In this document: piece by piece, positions 7,109-9,935 of the stretch
Position numbering within the stretch: position 1 is the first letter of the stretch
Layout: each line of letters begins with the position of its first letter
Sequence record: NZ_CP104353.1
Length of the DNA stretch: 9,935 bases
Reading direction: 5' to 3' (one strand)
Origin: a plasmid
Notes under the pieces: model-generated
What the model was told of the DNA's origin: nothing
Seen by the model: only the letters and a program-made list of their open reading frames with translations
Databases searched by the model: none
Program-made: the position numbers and the translations under genes

Positions 7109-7136
7109 AATTAACATAATACGCCTTATGCGAAAT
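7109..7136. other. pdif: pdif site, D/C orientation; identical to the pdif at 1673 in inverted orientation
   Basis: AATTAACATAA-TACGCC-TTATGCGAAAT. Its reverse complement is ATTTCGCATAA-GGCGTA-TTATGTTAATT, the same 28 bp as 1673-1700. Confidence 0.85.
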
Positions 7137-7144
7137 TTGCCTGA

Positions 7145-7180
7145 ATAGCCTTTCTCAGAAAGGCTATTACTGATTTTTCA
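7145..7180. terminator. Rho-independent terminator just outside the bla module, overlapping the stop of the mobC-like gene
   Basis: ATAGCCTTT (7145-7153), loop CTCAG, AAAGGCTAT (7159-7167), followed by TACTGATTTTTCA. Confidence 0.5.
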
Positions 7181-7925
7181 CTAAAGCTTTCTTAATTTCG
7201 ATGACTGACAATAACTCTCCGTCTTTTTTCCAGGTATTCAGTCCCTCTAATACCTGATGAAAAAGCTTATTTCTTTCAAAATATCCATTTTTATAACTTT
7301 TAACTTCTTGATATATCTTAGATTTCATTACATCATCATGAAATTTTTTCGTATTCTGAATGCGATTCTTCATCTGTTCAGGCGTATCTTGACTAATATC
7401 AATCCCTAACTCCTTGAAAGCAGCTAACACAGCACCGCCCAACTCAAACTTACGATGATTTTCAGCCGTTCTTTTTTTGCTGGCTTCCTTCTTCTGGATC
7501 TGACTCAAATAAAGCTCTAAATCACTCAACTCAAGCTTATGCGCTTTGAAACTCAGATAACGAGTCGCCATGGTTTTCAAGATATTAAAATCAGCACCAC
7601 TCAACGCATTGTCCCGATAAGCCTCAAACAACTGCACAAACTTCCGTTCATATGCGGTCTGCGGATACTTCACAGACACCTCATCAAACAATAAGTTCAG
7701 CTTCATATGCTCACGATAAGGTTTTAAGGCCTCTTTCACCAAGATCTGTTCAGCTTCAGACAATGACTCAAAGTTAAATTTTTCAATTCGTAGCATTGCA
7801 ATCACATCATTCTGCAAATCAGAACGATCCTTCTTCTGTGAAAGATAGTCTACAAATGCATGTAACTCTGCGATTTGTAAAAGTTGTGCAGGTCTGCCAC
7901 GTTTTTTTGATTTATCCAATGCCAT
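7167..7925 (-). CDS. Putative relaxosome accessory protein (MobC-like by position); function inferred from synteny only
   Basis: 252-aa ORF divergent from the mobA relaxase with oriT between, the same layout as mobC-oriT-mobA in RSF1010. No sequence motif was recognised with confidence. Confidence 0.5.
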   Translation of the reverse strand: MALDKSKKRGRPAQLLQIAELHAFVDYLSQKKDRSDLQNDVIAMLRIEKFNFESLSEAEQILVKEALKPYREHMKLNLLFDEVSVKYPQTAYERKFVQLFEAYRDNALSGADFNILKTMATRYLSFKAHKLELSDLELYLSQIQKKEASKKRTAENHRKFELGGAVLAAFKELGIDISQDTPEQMKNRIQNTKKFHDDVMKSKIYQEVKSYKNGYFERNKLFHQVLEGLNTWKKDGELLSVIEIKKALVKNQ

Positions 7926-7944
7926 CTATCTGCCGCCTAATTTT

Positions 7945-7998
7945 CAGAACTGCTACCGATTGAGTTATGGTTTTACCATAATTCAATCGGGCAGTCTG
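7945..7998. promoter_or_regulatory. Imperfect long inverted repeat 20 bp upstream of the mobC-like start; candidate operator or promoter element
   Basis: CAGAACTGCTACCGATTGAGTTATGG (7945-7970), then TTTTA, then CCATAATTCAATCGGGCAGTCTG (7976-7998). The arms are reverse-complementary with a few indels and mismatches. Confidence 0.4.
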
Positions 7999-8070
7999 AA
8001 AATAATTATTTAAAATAAAAATAAAATTTCTTGAAAAGAATTTATATTTTTATTTTAAATAATTCGCACT

Positions 8071-8110
8071 TGACAGTTTCTCCTAATCGGAGAAACTAGT
8101 ACGCAATGGG
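8071..8110 (+). other. oriT: Putative oriT (MOBQ / RSF1010-like): inverted repeat plus nick-region core
   Basis: GTTTCTCC (8076-8083), loop TAATC, GGAGAAAC (8089-8096), followed by TAGTACGCAATGGGG. The arm sequence CAGTTTCTC...GAGAAAC matches the RSF1010/R1162 oriT inverted repeat as I recall it. It lies between the divergent mob genes. Confidence 0.55.
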
Positions 8111-8228
8111 GCGATTCCCCCTTGACCCCCTTTAACCGGATTATTTCAGCCCTGTAGGCATTACATAATCCGGAGATTTTTATTGCGTTTCACTCCATAA
8201 AAACCAACAACACCCCAAGGAAGTGAAC

Positions 8229-9398
8229 ATGGCCAGTTACCATTTCAGCGTCAAAAGTAAAAATAAAGGCTACGCACTGAGCCACTACCTGTACATTTCC
8301 CGACTCATGCAATACGAAGGCATCCGCAAAAAGAGTGCAGAAGTCCTCGAACATGTCGAACCAGGGCAATGCATGCCCTCCTGGGTCAAAGATCCGGTTG
8401 AATTCTGGCAAGCAGCGGACACCTTTGAACGGGCCAATGCCAAGGCTTACATGGAATACGAAATTGCCCTACCGAATGAATTCACCGTAGAACAACGTAA
8501 AACGCTCGTAGAGACATTTGTTGATAAAACCATAGCAACACACCACTACCCTCATTCCTACGCCATACACAACGTAAAATCACGCCTCAGTGGTGAAGAA
8601 CAACCCCATTGCCACCTCATGTTTTCACTCAAAGCCGATGACGGCATAGAACGAAGTCCGGAACAATACTTCAAACGCTACAACGCTAAAGAACCAAGCA
8701 AAGGCGGAGCAAAGAAAATTCAACTACAGGATGGCCATGCCGACTACACCACTTACCTCCTACATATCCGAAAAGCCTGGGAAAATCACCTGAATGATGC
8801 ATTGGCAGAACATAGCCCAACCGTGACTTACCAGATCGATGGCCAGAAGATCCAAATTAAAAACCAAGTTTCGGCAGACAACTACGAAAAATACAACGAG
8901 ATACACGGCACCCTCTACCTACCAGAACCCAAACTGGGGACAGGCAAACAAAATGAAACCGTGGAATACCTAGCGGAAATCCAGAAAATCAGACAACACA
9001 ATGCCAAAGAACGAGAACTGGAACAGCGCCAACAATACTTTGATCAACAGCATGAATACTACTACAGCTGCTCAAACGAACCCTTCAGTTCTCCGGAAGT
9101 GATGCACTACCTCAATCACCTCATTAAAAAAGCCAGTAACAAAAAAGAACTGGGCCACGATATCGACGAAATTATTCAAACTCAGCAACCAATCCTGCAT
9201 CACGAAAAATGGGATATCGATACCATCAATTTTAATCTCAATAACGCCAGGTTATACCCAGAACCGGATATGGAGTTTAAAGTCCGATCCGTACAACCAA
9301 AACCAGTGATTGAACCAACATCACCGAAGTCAAAACCTGAAATACAACCCTCACAGCCTGAACCGAAACGAAATGATTATGATGGTCCGGGTTTTTAA
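8229..9398 (+). CDS. mobA: MobA relaxase, MOBQ family. The start is placed at ATG 8229; the ORF track begins at GTG 8223.
   Basis: The N-terminal MASYHFSVK carries the catalytic Tyr. The HCHLMFS histidine motif and the GIERSPEQYFKRYNAKEPSKGGAKK block align with RSF1010 MobA (MAIYHL, HCHLMIS, GIERPAAQWFKRYNGKTPEKGGAQK). An AAGGAAG RBS lies 5 nt before the ATG. Confidence 0.9.
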   Translation: MASYHFSVKSKNKGYALSHYLYISRLMQYEGIRKKSAEVLEHVEPGQCMPSWVKDPVEFWQAADTFERANAKAYMEYEIALPNEFTVEQRKTLVETFVDKTIATHHYPHSYAIHNVKSRLSGEEQPHCHLMFSLKADDGIERSPEQYFKRYNAKEPSKGGAKKIQLQDGHADYTTYLLHIRKAWENHLNDALAEHSPTVTYQIDGQKIQIKNQVSADNYEKYNEIHGTLYLPEPKLGTGKQNETVEYLAEIQKIRQHNAKERELEQRQQYFDQQHEYYYSCSNEPFSSPEVMHYLNHLIKKASNKKELGHDIDEIIQTQQPILHHEKWDIDTINFNLNNARLYPEPDMEFKVRSVQPKPVIEPTSPKSKPEIQPSQPEPKRNDYDGPGF

Positions 9399-9435
9399 AA
9401 ATGGATCTAGATCAGAAAGTACAAAGCGAGTGTCT

Positions 9436-9698
9436 ACGAGCGACATCACCAAAATTAGCGCCTCGACTTTCTGAAAAACCGCTTTTTAAGGCTGTATAGC
9501 CTAAAAAAGCATAAATCAGATGCTAAAACTGGCTTCCAGACCGAGCGAAGCGAGCAAAAAGCTTTATGAGCGAAGCGAATTCCGAGTTGCTTTTGCTCTT
9601 GCCTTTACTTTTTCTCAAATTCACGAAGGAATTAACAGAAAAATTGCCCCCTGAATCGAGCGAAAGCGAGATTCAATAGAGTTTGAGCGTAGCGAAAA
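9436..9698. repeat. Cluster of GAGCGAAGCGA-type short direct repeats in the region upstream of the iterons
   Basis: GAGCGAAGCGAGC (9543-9555), GAGCGAAGCGAAT (9568-9580), GAGCGAAAGCGAG (9658-9670), GAGCGTAGCGAAA (9685-9697) and the partial ACGAGCGACATC (9436-9447). An 11-bp inverted pair AAAAATTGCCC (9641-9651) and GGGCAATTTTT (9703-9713) brackets two of the copies. Confidence 0.4.
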
Positions 9699-9797
9699 CC
9701 ACGGGCAATTTTTTCAAACGTCTTTTTTAATTATTTTTATATCTTTTAAATCTTTTCTTTGAGCTGTATCCCTTATGGAGCAAGCCTTTCAAAGTTT

Positions 9798-9891
9798 AAC
9801 TATGACGGATTGACTACTAACTATGACGGATTGACTACTAACTATGACGGATTGACTACTTAACTATGACGGATTGACTACTAACTATGAC
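9798..9891 (+). repeat. Rep_3-type iterons: four 21-bp direct repeats plus a partial fifth, forming the putative oriV
   Basis: AACTATGACGGATTGACTACT occurs at 9798-9818, 9819-9839, 9840-9860 (followed by one extra T) and 9862-9882, with a partial copy AACTATGAC at 9883-9891. An AT-rich tract lies at 9719-9760. Confidence 0.85.
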
Positions 9892-9908
9892 AAGTATATA
9901 GTTGTCAT
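9887..9908. promoter_or_regulatory. Short inverted repeat overlapping the last partial iteron; candidate Rep autoregulatory operator
   Basis: ATGACAA (9887-9893), then GTATATAG, then TTGTCAT (9902-9908). The arms resemble the iteron half ATGAC. Confidence 0.35.
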
Positions 9909-9935
9909 ATATAAAAGAAAATCAATGGTTTTATT

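Noticed and set aside
8155-8185. Possible pdif-like site around GGCATTACATAA TCCGGA GATTTTTATTG
   Set aside because: Only the CATAA core fits. The XerD arm is absent, and the sequence is better explained as one arm of the 9-bp-stem hairpin CCGGATTAT / ATAATCCGG.
8190-8411. 73-aa minus-strand ORF
   Set aside because: It is antisense to the highly conserved N-terminal relaxase domain of mobA. It is a shadow ORF.
9926-9935. ATG at 9926 as an upstream start for rep across the circular junction
   Set aside because: It is out of frame with the rep reading frame that begins at base 1, and an in-frame stop lies at 9912-9914.

Overview
This window reads as a small, low-GC Acinetobacter-type plasmid, probably a complete circular replicon linearised at the rep start. 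Four rep-type iterons lie at the 3' edge and a Rep_3-family initiator gene begins at base 1. The backbone carries the Rep_3 rep gene, a rep-linked HTH DNA-binding gene, and an RSF1010-like mobilisation unit (a divergent mobC-like gene, an oriT hairpin and a mobA MOBQ relaxase). Between the two backbone halves sits a 5.4-kb accessory segment (1673-7136) built from pdif (XerC/XerD) modules. Three clear 28-bp pdif sites lie at 1673, 6170 and 7109. A fourth, degenerate site at 4395 restores the expected alternating C/D - D/C pattern. The outermost two pdif sites are identical and inverted, with identity extending to 35 bp. The last module carries a blaOXA-24/40-family carbapenemase. The middle module carries a small ORF and an inserted IS701/IS4-type insertion sequence. 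The first module (1673-4422) is very AT-rich and carries six ORFs whose products I cannot place. These are an Arc-like RHH gene, an overlapping 132/72-aa pair, and a 106/244-aa two-gene operon facing a winged-HTH gene. Perfect palindromic operators sit in both divergent promoter regions. This is the best candidate here for an undescribed cargo function. Other unexplained structure includes a cluster of GAGCGAAGCGA-type repeats near the origin and several inverted repeats around oriT. The repeat and hairpin coordinates were counted by hand and may be off by 1-2 bp.
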